Source: Acidobacteriota bacterium (GTDB lineage Bacteria; Acidobacteriota; CAIWXX01). Taken from it: 64,000 nucleotides of DNA. The DNA is taken from NCBI GenBank assembly GCA_040755995.1, contig JBFMAF010000028.1, positions 32,001-96,000 on the forward strand, in the 5' to 3' direction. A model generated the notes under the pieces. That model did not search any database. It saw only the letters and a program-made list of their open reading frames with translations, and was not told the origin of the DNA. This document shows, piece by piece, positions 32,361 to 42,490 of this stretch (within the stretch, counting starts at the first letter, position 1; every line of letters begins with the position of its first letter). Position numbers and translations under genes: made by a program.

Positions 32361-33560
32361 ATGTCCAAACATCGGATTGAGTCCTTGTCGATCGGCCGTG
32401 GTGTCGCGGGCGCAATCGTCCTCGCGCTCCTGTTGGCCCTGAGTTTGCCGTCTGCGACGTATGGGGCCGGGACCCGCTGCGCCGACAGCGCGGCCAGAGC
32501 CACTTCGGATGCGGGCACGCATGCGGGCGGGCAACGCAATGCGTACAGGGCAGCCGTCCTGCAAGTAGCGGAGGCGTATCACGTTCCAGGTGTTGTTGCC
32601 GGCGTCTGGGTCCCAGGCCAAGAGCCCTGGAGAATCGCCCACGGACTTGGCGACGTGGATAGCGGCGCGCCAATCCGCTTCAACGACCGCTTCGCGATCC
32701 GCAGCGTCACGAAGTCGTACACGGTGACCTTGATTCTCCAGCTGGTGCGCAGCAAGGCGATCTCGTTGGAGGACCCCATTGAGAAATGGGTCCCGGGGAT
32801 TCCCAACGGGAACGAGATCACGCTCGCGAACCTCGCCGCCATGGAGAGCGGTGTGAAAAACTACTCCGACGTCGAGGCGTTCCTCTCTGCGTTGCAGGAG
32901 GACTTTGGAAGGCCCTGGACCCCCGACGAGCTCCTCGCATTCGCCCTTCCATTTTCACCGGTATTCGCTCCGGCTGCGGAATACGAGTACAGCAACACCA
33001 ACACTATTCTGCTCGGCATGGTGGTGGAGAAGGTCACAGGGAAGGCGATCGCTGAAGCCTACCGCCAAGGGATCTTCGATCCTCTTGGACTTAGAGAGAC
33101 CTCGTACCCGAACAGCACAGACATCCCCACTCCTCACCCTACCCCTTACATTGTGGACCCGGCCACCGGCGAGGCGACAGAGTGTCCCGTCGTGAACCTC
33201 TCCGCCTTCGGCGCATCGGGTGGGATGGTGACGACGCTCAAGGAGCTCCACAAGTGGGGGAAAGCCCTTGGAACAGGCAAGCTCATCGGTCGCCGGCTTC
33301 ACAAGAAGCGGCTGCGGCACTCGCGGCCGGCCACCAGCGGTCCTGAGTACGACCGCTACGGCATCGGCATCGGAGAGCTGAAAGGCTGGTGGGGGCACAC
33401 CGGCGACGGCCTCGGATATCAGGCGGCGACGCTCTACGACCCGACGACCGGCAGCGTGATTTCCGTGGCCCTCAACTCATCCCAGGGTGTGAACGTTGCA
33501 GAAGAGGTCTTCAAAGCCCTCGCCGACGTCGTTCACCCGCCGGAGCAGAGGACAAGATAG
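32361..33560 (+). CDS. Serine hydrolase, beta-lactamase class C-like / D-Ala-D-Ala peptidase
   Basis: SVTK, YSNTN, GHTG motifs; signal peptide. Confidence 0.88.
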   Translation: MSKHRIESLSIGRGVAGAIVLALLLALSLPSATYGAGTRCADSAARATSDAGTHAGGQRNAYRAAVLQVAEAYHVPGVVAGVWVPGQEPWRIAHGLGDVDSGAPIRFNDRFAIRSVTKSYTVTLILQLVRSKAISLEDPIEKWVPGIPNGNEITLANLAAMESGVKNYSDVEAFLSALQEDFGRPWTPDELLAFALPFSPVFAPAAEYEYSNTNTILLGMVVEKVTGKAIAEAYRQGIFDPLGLRETSYPNSTDIPTPHPTPYIVDPATGEATECPVVNLSAFGASGGMVTTLKELHKWGKALGTGKLIGRRLHKKRLRHSRPATSGPEYDRYGIGIGELKGWWGHTGDGLGYQAATLYDPTTGSVISVALNSSQGVNVAEEVFKALADVVHPPEQRTR

Positions 33561-33719
33561 GCCGCTGATCCCAGCTGGCAGCCGGCCAGCTCTTGAATGT
33601 TCGATCCACGTTGCTGAGCACGGAAGGGACTTCGCCAGTACGGCTGCTGACTGGTGCGCGTGGCGGCGTCTCTACGTCCCTACCTGGAGTAGAATGTGTT
33701 GGGAGAGGGAGATCAACGA

Positions 33720-34766
33720 ATGCGACATCTCGAGTTTCGGAGTGACACGATGACGCGCCCGTCACAGGCGATGCGGCAGGCGATGTTCGAAGCCGAGGTC
33801 GGCGACGATGTGCGCGGCGAGGACCCGACCGTCAACAAGCTGGAGGAGATGTCGGCCGCACTCCTTGGCAAGGAAGCCGCCCTCTTCGTCCCCAGCGGCA
33901 CCTTTGGAAATCAGTGTTCGATCGGGGTTCACACGCGGCCGGGGGATGAGGTCATCGTATCGGAGACGACGCACGTGGTCGAACACGAGGCCGGCGCTTC
34001 CGGCATCCTCAGCGGGGTGCAGCTCCGGACTCTTCTGCCATCGCGAGAGAGCTACATCACCGCCGATGAGGTCCGGCCCCGCCTGCGGATAGGTGACGAT
34101 ATTCACTACCCGCGTTCACGCCTGATCATTCTGGAGAACGCGCTTGCCGATGGCACCGTAATGCCACTCGATGCCATGAGCGCCGTGAAGAAGCTCGCGG
34201 AGGAGCACGGCCTCGCGGTGCATCTCGACGGGGCCCGCCTCTTCAACGCAGCAATCGCGCTACGGGTCGAAGCGCGTTCGATTGCTGCGCTCTGCGACAC
34301 CGTGACCTTCTGCCTGTCGAAGGGACTGGGCGCGCCGGTCGGCAGCGTGCTGTGCGGCACCGCGGGATTGATCAAGGATGCCCGCAAGCGCCGCAAGATC
34401 ATGGGTGGCGGCATGCGCCAGGTGGGAGTCCTTGCCGCCCCGGGGATCATCGCTTTGACCGACGGCGTCCGTCGTCTCCACGAGGATCACGACAACGCAA
34501 GACTCCTGGGGGAGCTGCTCGAGCCGATCCCGGGCGTCGTGCTCGATCTTCGAAAAGTCCAAACCAACATGGTGTGGATCAACGTCGAGAAAGCCGGGAA
34601 GACCGAAGAGGGGCTGGTCGAGTTCCTCCGGACACGGGGAATATTCACATATCCACCCACGGAGTGGGGAATTCGCTTCGTGACCAGCAGCGAAGTGAAC
34701 GAAACGGACGTCCGCGCGCTGGCGGAAGCGGTGGCGCAATATCTTGGGAGCGCGGCCGGACAGTAG
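33720..34766 (+). CDS. ltaE: Low-specificity L-threonine aldolase
   Basis: FRSDTMTRP, VGDDV.GEDPTV, HLDGARLFNA, CLSKGLGAPVGS, GGGMRQ. Confidence 0.93.
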   Translation: MRHLEFRSDTMTRPSQAMRQAMFEAEVGDDVRGEDPTVNKLEEMSAALLGKEAALFVPSGTFGNQCSIGVHTRPGDEVIVSETTHVVEHEAGASGILSGVQLRTLLPSRESYITADEVRPRLRIGDDIHYPRSRLIILENALADGTVMPLDAMSAVKKLAEEHGLAVHLDGARLFNAAIALRVEARSIAALCDTVTFCLSKGLGAPVGSVLCGTAGLIKDARKRRKIMGGGMRQVGVLAAPGIIALTDGVRRLHEDHDNARLLGELLEPIPGVVLDLRKVQTNMVWINVEKAGKTEEGLVEFLRTRGIFTYPPTEWGIRFVTSSEVNETDVRALAEAVAQYLGSAAGQ

Positions 34767-34903
34767 GGGCGGCGGCGGGCAGGTTGGCTCGGAGTGAGTT
34801 TGCCACTTCCTTGTGATCCGGAATCGAGAAGGCGTCGGAACGGCCGGTCTAAGGCCGGACTACGGTCGTTGCTCCCCCGTGTGAAACATGTTAATCTTAT
34901 CTC

Positions 34904-35161
34904 ATGAAGATGATGTCTGTCCGAGACCTCCGCCAGCGCTGGCCGGCGGCGGAAAAGGCCCTTGCCGCCGAAGGTGAGATCGTAGTGACACGTGACTCCA
35001 AGCCGGTCGCGAGGATACTGCCTTTCAAGCTGCGGGATAGCAGACCGCGCAAGCGATTCGATGCGGAAACCCACCTGCGGTGGATGGCGAGATTCTGGAG
35101 AGGGCGAAGGCTGCCGCCCATCGACGCCGAGTTGGCTGGGGACCGCGCCGATAGTGACTGA
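34904..35161 (+). CDS. Phd/YefM-family antitoxin
   Basis: MK.MSVRDLR......EKAL..EGEIVVTRD.KPVARI. Confidence 0.8.
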   Translation: MKMMSVRDLRQRWPAAEKALAAEGEIVVTRDSKPVARILPFKLRDSRPRKRFDAETHLRWMARFWRGRRLPPIDAELAGDRADSD

Positions 35162-35250
35162 TCATCCGGGCCTCAACGAACGCGCGATCGGGGTCAACGC
35201 CGCCATGCCGATCAGGTGGATCGGATAGGCGAAGGACTGGACGGCCGCCG

Positions 35251-35685
35251 GTGGCGCTCTACCTCGACACGAGTTGCCTCTTGAAGCTCCTGTTTTCGGA
35301 GCCCGAGAGCGCGCGAGTCGCTCAGATCATTGCAGCCGAGAAGCGAGTCATCGTCTCGTCACTGGGTCGGCTCGAAGCGCTGGTGCGAATACGCGCACGC
35401 CGCTTGAGCGGTAGCATCAGTGCCGCAGAGGGGCGGCGACTGCTGCGGGCGCTCGACAGACTCACGAGCGCAGAGCCCTTCGTGACTCTGGATTGCCCTG
35501 TCACGATCTTCAAGGACGCCGAGCGACAGTTAGCGTCCGGTATCTCCAGGACTTGCTGCCGAACACTCGACCGGCTACACCTGGCAGCGGCGCTTGCACT
35601 GGAAGCCAAGCGGCTCCTGACCAACGACGACGCGCAGGCGAGGGCCGCCAAGGCGCTGAAGCTCCGCGTAGTGATACCGCGCTGA
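35251..35685 (+). CDS. vapC: VapC (PIN-domain) toxin
   Basis: YLDTS.LLKL...EPES, S.L..LE, RTLDRLHLAAA, LLTND. Confidence 0.88.
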   Translation: MALYLDTSCLLKLLFSEPESARVAQIIAAEKRVIVSSLGRLEALVRIRARRLSGSISAAEGRRLLRALDRLTSAEPFVTLDCPVTIFKDAERQLASGISRTCCRTLDRLHLAAALALEAKRLLTNDDAQARAAKALKLRVVIPR

Positions 35686-35804
35686 GCTGCACACCATGGG
35701 TCGCGGCGGCACGGCCAAGACGTCGGCCCGGTGAGCAAGCTGACCCTGAGATCTCTTCCCCGCCTGATCTCGGCGGGATCGAGCCCTGTTCTCGCCCGCG
35801 ATAC

Positions 35805-37877
35805 CTACCCTCGGCCGCCCGAGACCACGCGGTCGCGCCCCGAGTTCTTGGCCTGGTAAAGGGCTTTGTCGGCGGCTGCCGCCAGCGAGACGTGGTCGTC
35901 ATCGCCGCTGAGCTCGGCGACACCCGCGCTGAACGTGACCGAGAACTGCGAGCCGTCCGGGGCCATGTGGCGGACGAGAGCGAAGCCGCTGCGGATCCGG
36001 TCGAGGACGGCGACGGCGGAAGCGGCGTCCGACCCGGTGAAGATCAGCGCGAACTCGTCGCCGCCGTAGCGCCCGATGACATCGCTCTTGCGCATGCGTT
36101 CCTGCAGGAGGCGCGAGAGGCTCTTGAGCACGCGATCGCCCGCATGGTGGCCGTAAGTGTCGTTGACCGTCTTGAATCGATCGACATCCAGCATCGCGAA
36201 GGAAAAGGTGCTGTTGTTTCGCCGGGCACGCGCGATCACGACGCCGAGGATCTCCTTGATCTTCGAATGCGTGAGCAGACCGGTCAGGCTGTCCTGTGCC
36301 ATCACCGAGCGCAGGTCGCGGAACCGCTGCGCCCTCGCCACCACCGACGAGATCAATCGCGATGGCTCGATCGGCTTCGCAAGGAAATCATCTCCGCCCA
36401 GACCGAGGGCGGCAACCTGCTTGTCCAGGTTTGTCTCGGTCGAGAGAAACACGATAGGCAGGCTGATGTTGGCGGCCTGCTGGCGCAAGACGCCGGCGAG
36501 TTCCATCCCGGTGCATCCCGGCATGTACAGATCCATGAGGATCAGCTCCGGATCGAAGTCGGCGATCCACTTCATCAGGTCCGCCGGCTCGGTTACGACC
36601 TGCGTGCTCATTCCGGCATGCTGCAGGGCGAGCGCGTAGTGGGTGGCCAGCTGCTGGTCATCTTCGACGATGAGCACGCGAAACGGCACCGGCTCGTCGT
36701 GAGATGTCAGCGTGTCGAGCCGATGTACGAGCTCCCAGATGTCGACCGGCTTGGTGAAATACCCGCAACCTCCTGCGCGCACCGCCTCCAGCCGTGCCGT
36801 CAGGTCGCCGCGCGCTGACAGAAACACTACCGGCACCCGCTTGTCCGGCGATTGGTGCAAGTCGGCGGCGACGCGGGCTCCGGCCAGCTCCCCCTCCGGG
36901 AACATCATGTCCATGACGACCGCGGCGGGCTCATCCTGCGCCACCGCCTGCTTGATCCCGTCGAGACAGTCGAAGACGCGCACGGTGAAATCGTACAGAC
37001 TGATCTGCCGGGCGAGGTCCCCGGCGTGCGCCGGATCGGCGTCGACGAGGTAGATCAGGCGGCGGCCGGATGAGGGGCGGACGGACGGCTGCGGAGCTTG
37101 AATGTGCTGCAGCCTCGGAGCTCGAACAAGGGCGGTCGCCCTGGAGGCAGTGCGCCTGAGCGAGGAAACGAGCGAGCGCACGTGAGCCGCGTGCTGCGCA
37201 GACGGCGCGTGATCAGCGCCGATGAGCGAGACCAGCGCGCGCTCCAGGCCGCGTGCCTCGTCGGTGACGGCAGGCAGCCCGAATGTCGCAGCCGCTCCGA
37301 TCAGCCCGTGCACCCTGCGATGCAGATCCTGCACCTGCTCGACGTCCCACACCACCTCGACCAGCGCCTCCCACATCTCCTGTATCTCGCGCAACCTCTC
37401 CGGGAGCTGCTCGCGGTATGTCTTCCCGAGATCTTCGATCTTCTCCTCTATCTCCGACTGCGGCTGCTCTGCCTTCTGCCCCTCCTCCGGCGGCAGCAAC
37501 CTCCCGACACTCTGGGCCAGATCGCTCAACTCGAAGGGCTTCATCAGGAACTCGTCGGCCCCGTACCCCTTCCCCTCCATCTTGTAGCTGGTCTTCTTGT
37601 AGACAGCAGTCATCAGGATAAGCGGCGTTGCCGCCAGCTCAGGGTCTTCCTTGATCCTCTTGCACAGCTCGAACCCGTGCATGCGAGGCAGCAGCAGATC
37701 GGTGATCACGAGGTCGGGACGATTGTCGTGCACGAGCTGGTAGCCCGCGACACCGTCCCGCGCCAAAAGCACCTCGTACCCGCGCTGTTCCAGGAACACC
37801 TGGATCAGCTCGCCGAATTTGGCATTGTCATCAACAACGACTATACGCCTTGCCACGCTGTTCCTCGTCCCCCTCAA
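35805..37877 (-). CDS. Diguanylate cyclase with REC-Hpt-REC-REC-GGDEF architecture
   Basis: Three receiver-like domains (VVDD..DL.LP; LVD..MDMMFP; IVEDD..MDLYMP), Hpt HRRVHGLIG, RKSD I-site and RYGGDEF. Confidence 0.9.
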   Translation of the reverse strand: MRGTRNSVARRIVVVDDNAKFGELIQVFLEQRGYEVLLARDGVAGYQLVHDNRPDLVITDLLLPRMHGFELCKRIKEDPELAATPLILMTAVYKKTSYKMEGKGYGADEFLMKPFELSDLAQSVGRLLPPEEGQKAEQPQSEIEEKIEDLGKTYREQLPERLREIQEMWEALVEVVWDVEQVQDLHRRVHGLIGAAATFGLPAVTDEARGLERALVSLIGADHAPSAQHAAHVRSLVSSLRRTASRATALVRAPRLQHIQAPQPSVRPSSGRRLIYLVDADPAHAGDLARQISLYDFTVRVFDCLDGIKQAVAQDEPAAVVMDMMFPEGELAGARVAADLHQSPDKRVPVVFLSARGDLTARLEAVRAGGCGYFTKPVDIWELVHRLDTLTSHDEPVPFRVLIVEDDQQLATHYALALQHAGMSTQVVTEPADLMKWIADFDPELILMDLYMPGCTGMELAGVLRQQAANISLPIVFLSTETNLDKQVAALGLGGDDFLAKPIEPSRLISSVVARAQRFRDLRSVMAQDSLTGLLTHSKIKEILGVVIARARRNNSTFSFAMLDVDRFKTVNDTYGHHAGDRVLKSLSRLLQERMRKSDVIGRYGGDEFALIFTGSDAASAVAVLDRIRSGFALVRHMAPDGSQFSVTFSAGVAELSGDDDHVSLAAAADKALYQAKNSGRDRVVSGGRG

Positions 37878-38617
37878 ATACCGCCTCCGCCCCCGTCAGT
37901 GCGGGACCAGCTCGATCTCAGTACAGGGTACTGGATTCCGCGCTCATGGCACCGGACCAGACCATCGATGATCCCGTCTATCAGGCACGCGGGAGTCGAG
38001 AACGCCATCTCCCAGTCTTCCGTATGCCCATAAACCCGGCTGCCGTTGCACGGAAGGATGAGCCGCGGCCTGCCCTCTGCGGCGGTCCGGAGCAGCACGT
38101 CCGCGCAGTCCGGCGCAGCCGAGACCGAGGACGGCATCTCGCCGGGCCGGTCGAGCGCCCAGGCGGACATGAGCACCATGACCTGCGCGGAGTTTCCGTA
38201 GACGACGAAGACGTCGGGAGCAAACGTCGCGCGGGCGATCGGCGCGACCAGGACGCCGGCGTAGTCGGTCAGAGTGGACCCGGACCCAGTGGCGGCTCCG
38301 CCGGCCAGGGAATGGAGATCTTCGGAAGGCGCGCACGGGTGGCTCAGGGCAAAATCATCCTCACCCGAATCCAGACCGAACAGTCGTCGCTGGATCGGGC
38401 ACGCGGCATCTTCGGCTCCGAGGTACATCGCCCAACCGTGGCGTCTTGTCATCGTGACCACCTGGCAGAGCGACATCTTCTCGCCGAAATCCCGGAACGG
38501 CCGCTTCGCGCGTTCGGGAAGATCTTCCCCGCGCTTGACGAGGCGAAGCGCGAGTGGGAAGGTGGCAGGGCGCACGTACTCGCAAATCTGCGCGTGGATC
38601 TCCGCGAGGGCTCTCAT
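37874..38617 (-). CDS. DUF169 domain-containing protein
   Basis: P.ALRL, SLCQ.V..TRR.G, CP, PDV.VVYGNSAQVM, C.D, LPC.GSR; start uncertain. Confidence 0.8.
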   Translation of the reverse strand: MRALAEIHAQICEYVRPATFPLALRLVKRGEDLPERAKRPFRDFGEKMSLCQVVTMTRRHGWAMYLGAEDAACPIQRRLFGLDSGEDDFALSHPCAPSEDLHSLAGGAATGSGSTLTDYAGVLVAPIARATFAPDVFVVYGNSAQVMVLMSAWALDRPGEMPSSVSAAPDCADVLLRTAAEGRPRLILPCNGSRVYGHTEDWEMAFSTPACLIDGIIDGLVRCHERGIQYPVLRSSWSRTDGGGGGI

Positions 38618-38850
38618 GACTGCGAGATCGATTCGGTCCGCCCGGTCTACTGGCGAGGCGCGGCCTCGGACCGATGAATTCTGCGAGGCCGCTCCACCCG
38701 CGCCCCGCGTGGAGTGTCGAGAGTGGAGCATGGAAAGTGGGTGGCTCCCGCGTGACAATGGCGCGCCGCGCCACAAACTTGACTCAATCGCAACATGTTT
38801 CTTCGCCTCAAGCCGCCTCGGACCCATTCCCTGCGGTGGCCGGGTCTCCA

Positions 38851-40464
38851 CTAGAGGGTCACGACCTCTCGCTCCGGAGTCCTCAGCGCCCCGCGGTCAC
38901 CGAGCGTCCCGTAAGTGAGACCGCTCAATGCTTCGACCTCGAACGACATCTGTCTGAACACGTCCTCGGCGTGTTTCAACGCCTCATATCCCTGCAGCCC
39001 GAAGCGCCGCCCGATCTCCACCAGCCACTGCCACTGCGGGAGGCACGCGCCGGGCGGCTCCATCGCCTTCTCGAACCGCTGGACTCGCCCCTGCATGTTG
39101 GTGAATGTCCCGTCGCTTTCGCTCCACGCGGCCGCCGGTAACAATACGGTTGCGTATGGTGACAGCGGCGACGGCTGCAGCTCGAACACGACGAGCAGTT
39201 CGAGCTTCCCCAGCACATGCAGCTCGCTCTTCAGGTCCGACACGCGATTCCCTGCCAGCGCGAAGAGCGCCTTGATCTCCCCTTTCGCGATCGCGTTCTT
39301 CAGCCCGGCGTAACCGCAACCGCTCTCCCGAATCCCCGCGTCCCGAGCGCCGTCGATGTTGGGCGCCTTGCAAGGTGGGATCTGGAACCCCGGGTAGTCC
39401 TCGGCCGCGCCGAGATCCTCGGCGTCGTTCAGGCCGAACTGGCTGGCGCCGAATGCATCTCGCATGAATCGCCAGAGCATGTAGTTGTCTTCGTTCGATC
39501 CATGCGGCGATCCCAGGCCGAAGAAGGCTGCTCCGCCGTCGCGCTGCTTTGTGCGCCTGGCGGCTTCGTAGACCTGCGCGTAGGCCTCTTCCCGCGTGGC
39601 AGCCTTGAGGTCCCCGTCCGAGCGAACCGATATGCCCCGACAGCGATCCCCCTCCAGCAGGCGATGGAATTCGAACCGGCCGTGGTCGCACATCCAGTAG
39701 CCGTTGACATGCGGGTTGTATCGCGGGACCGTCCGCAGGAGCTCGTTGGTGCGCCACTTGACATGGAGGCTGGTCGAGCACCCCTTCTCGCAGAACGGGC
39801 AGATCGACTGGTATGACTTGATCTCCCACGGCCGCGCCTTGAATCGATAGTCCTTGCTCGTGAGCGCGCCCACGGGACAGATGTCGACGAGGTTCCCCTG
39901 CAGAGATCCGCTCAGGTCCTCGTTGTCGAACGTACCGAGCTCGGAGTGCTGCCCGCGGTAGAAAAAGTCCAGCTCGGCCTTGCCCCGCACCTCGGCGCAG
40001 AACCGCACGCATCGAGTGCAGCGGATGCAGCGGTTCATGTTCAGCTTGATCGCCGGGCCCAGGTTCCGCTCGGCGAACGTCTGCTTGGGAAACTCGTAGC
40101 GGCTCTTGCCCTGCCCGTAGCCGTACGAGTAGTCCTGCAGATCGCACTCCCCGCCCTGATCGCACACCGGGCAGTCCAGCGGGTGATTGATCAGGAGGAA
40201 CTCCATCACCCCGTGCTGCGCCTTGTGCACTTCGTCGCTGGTCGTGATTACCTTCATGTTGTCGGCCACGGGGGTGGAGCAGGCGGTCTGGAGCTTGGGA
40301 ATGCCCTCGATCTTCACCAGGCACATCCGGCAGTTCCCGACCACACTCAGCGCCGGATGGTAGCAGTAGTGCGGGATGTGGATCTTGATCGTCTTGGCGG
40401 CCTCGAGGACTGAAGTGCCTTTGGGAACCGAGACCTCTTTGCCGTCGATGGTGAGCGTTGGCAT
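38851..40464 (-). CDS. nuoG: NADH-quinone oxidoreductase subunit G-like (Fe-S / molybdopterin-family fold)
   Basis: IPHYCYHP.L...GNCRMCLV, NHPLDCPVCDQGGECDLQ, RCIRCTRCVRFC, CPVGAL, CPFCEKGC, GTFTN..GRVQ. Confidence 0.88.
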   Translation of the reverse strand: MPTLTIDGKEVSVPKGTSVLEAAKTIKIHIPHYCYHPALSVVGNCRMCLVKIEGIPKLQTACSTPVADNMKVITTSDEVHKAQHGVMEFLLINHPLDCPVCDQGGECDLQDYSYGYGQGKSRYEFPKQTFAERNLGPAIKLNMNRCIRCTRCVRFCAEVRGKAELDFFYRGQHSELGTFDNEDLSGSLQGNLVDICPVGALTSKDYRFKARPWEIKSYQSICPFCEKGCSTSLHVKWRTNELLRTVPRYNPHVNGYWMCDHGRFEFHRLLEGDRCRGISVRSDGDLKAATREEAYAQVYEAARRTKQRDGGAAFFGLGSPHGSNEDNYMLWRFMRDAFGASQFGLNDAEDLGAAEDYPGFQIPPCKAPNIDGARDAGIRESGCGYAGLKNAIAKGEIKALFALAGNRVSDLKSELHVLGKLELLVVFELQPSPLSPYATVLLPAAAWSESDGTFTNMQGRVQRFEKAMEPPGACLPQWQWLVEIGRRFGLQGYEALKHAEDVFRQMSFEVEALSGLTYGTLGDRGALRTPEREVVTL

Positions 40465-40488
40465 GCTGGTGATCCTCCTGGCGCAGGC

Positions 40489-41772
40489 TCAGTGCACGGG
40501 CTCCGGCGGCTGGTTCCCGAATGGACAGCGCCGCAGCCGCACATGCTCCAGAAACTCCTCCTTGAACTTACGAACGAACGCTTCGAATGGATACGCGAAG
40601 GCGTCGCCGAACGGGCAGAGCGTCTTGCCCTTGACGTTCTCGCAGATGTCCGAGATGAGTGCCAGGTCGGTCTCCTTGCCCTCCCCGCACTCCAGGCGCC
40701 GGAACAGCTTCTCCAGCCACCCGATTCCCTCGCGGCAGGGCGTGCACTTCCCACAACTCTCCTCGTAGAAGAACTTCGCCGTCGTATGCGCGACCTTGAC
40801 CATGCATGTGGTGTCGTCCATAACGATGGCTCCGCCCGACCCGAGCATGCTGCCGACCTTGGCCAGCGAGTCGAAATCGAGCGAGACGTTGCACTCGTCG
40901 GCGCGCAGAACCGGAGCCGACGCGCCCCCGGGGATGACTGCCTTCAACTTGCGGCCTTCGCGAATCCCACCGCAGTTGTCGTTGATCAGGTGCATGAGGT
41001 TGGTGCCGAGCGGCAGCTCGTAGACACCGGGCCGCGCCACGTGCCCGCTGACGGAGAAAAGCTTCGTCCCCTTGTTCCTGGCCGGACCTATCGACGCGAA
41101 CCACTCTGGTCCGTTGAGGACGATCGACGGCAGTGCGGCGAGGGTCTCGACGTTGTTGATGACCGTCGGGCCCTTGAACAGGCCTACGAGCGCCGGGAAG
41201 GGCGGCTTGAGCCTCGGCTGCCCCCGCTTCCCTTCGAGAGATTCCAGCAGCGCGGTCTCCTCGCCGCAAATGTAGGCGCCGGCGCCGCGATGGACGGAGA
41301 CGTCGAGGTCGAAGCCCTTCCCGAGGATGTTCTTGCCCAGAAGGTTCTTGGCGTAGGCCTGCGCGATCGCATCCTCGAGCACCTCAGCGCCGGACGAGAA
41401 CTCTCCACGGATATAGATGAATGCCGTGTGTATCCCCACCGCATAACAACAGATGATGATGCCTTCAAGCAGAAGGAACGGTTCGTACTCTATGATCTGC
41501 CGATCCTTGAAAGTCCCCGGCTCACTCTCGTCCGCGTTGCAGCAGAGGTACTTCGGCGACGCGCTCTCCTTCGGCACGAAGCCCCACTTCATTCCGGCCG
41601 AGAATCCCGCGCCGCCCCGGCCCCGAATCTCCGACTTCCTGACGATGTCGATCAGGTCGTGCGGCGGGACGGTGAGCGCCTTCTCGACGGCGCGATAGCC
41701 CCCGGCCTGAAGATAAGTATCGAGCTTTCTGAACCCGGCCTGTCCCATGTGCGCGATCAGTGTAGCTTCCAT
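40489..41772 (-). CDS. nuoF: NADH-quinone oxidoreductase subunit F
   Basis: RGRGGAGF, NADESEPGTFKDR, GAGAYICGEETAL, NNVET, ESCGKCTPCREG. Confidence 0.95.
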   Translation of the reverse strand: MEATLIAHMGQAGFRKLDTYLQAGGYRAVEKALTVPPHDLIDIVRKSEIRGRGGAGFSAGMKWGFVPKESASPKYLCCNADESEPGTFKDRQIIEYEPFLLLEGIIICCYAVGIHTAFIYIRGEFSSGAEVLEDAIAQAYAKNLLGKNILGKGFDLDVSVHRGAGAYICGEETALLESLEGKRGQPRLKPPFPALVGLFKGPTVINNVETLAALPSIVLNGPEWFASIGPARNKGTKLFSVSGHVARPGVYELPLGTNLMHLINDNCGGIREGRKLKAVIPGGASAPVLRADECNVSLDFDSLAKVGSMLGSGGAIVMDDTTCMVKVAHTTAKFFYEESCGKCTPCREGIGWLEKLFRRLECGEGKETDLALISDICENVKGKTLCPFGDAFAYPFEAFVRKFKEEFLEHVRLRRCPFGNQPPEPVH

Positions 41773-41907
41773 TCTGTCCTGCCTCTATAACCAGAAGCCC
41801 GTATTATTCCAGATCGCAGTGTTCATCACAAGGTTACCCTCGCCCGTTCGAACGCGCGCAACATGAAGTCGATCATGGAACCGGCGAGCCGCAGGGAAGC
41901 GGTCGGT

Positions 41908-41935
41908 GTAGGGGCGACGCATGCGTCGCCCCTGC
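41908..41935. repeat. GTAG-family REP palindrome
   Basis: GTAGGGGCGACGCATGCGTCGCCCCTGC; near-perfect palindrome starting with GTAG. Confidence 0.75.
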
Positions 41936-41947
41936 GGTTGCACATAC

Positions 41948-42490
41948 ATGTTCCCTGAGGTTGACGCTCGGCGCATCCTGCGTATAATTCCAGCAGTGTC
42001 AAACTCAGCCCTCGCCCATCGAGTCCTCGTTGCAGCATCCGTTTTCAATCTCGCCGCCATCTGGTTGGCGCCGGCAATGGTGCCGGATTCCCTCGTGTGC
42101 ATCGGCCAACGGATCGCCTACTCGGCGGTTTGTCACCAGCGCGAGGACCGGACGCTCCGTCTGGACGGCGTGCCGATGCCGGTCTGCTCGAGGTGCGCGG
42201 CGATCTACACGGGGCTCACAGCCGGGCTGCTACTGCCGCTCATCTGCGCGCCGCGGCGGCGCGCGATCGCCCTCGGCCTGCTCCTGGTCGCGGTGGAGAT
42301 CGCAGGCGAGAAGACGGGTTTTTCTGCAAGCAACCTCACCAGGTTCCTCGCGTCACTGCCGCTTGCGTTGATGGTGGGCGCGTCGGTGCGGCGGGCGCTT
42401 GCGGGCGGCATTCAGACCACTGGATCCGCCGACAGCCTATTCATCAATACAGCAATTGAAAGCCGACTCAAAGAAGGGAGTACACCGTGA
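41948..42490 (+). CDS. DUF2085-family membrane protein
   Basis: VCHQR.DR, MPVCSRC..IY.G motifs. Confidence 0.75.
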   Translation: MFPEVDARRILRIIPAVSNSALAHRVLVAASVFNLAAIWLAPAMVPDSLVCIGQRIAYSAVCHQREDRTLRLDGVPMPVCSRCAAIYTGLTAGLLLPLICAPRRRAIALGLLLVAVEIAGEKTGFSASNLTRFLASLPLALMVGASVRRALAGGIQTTGSADSLFINTAIESRLKEGSTP

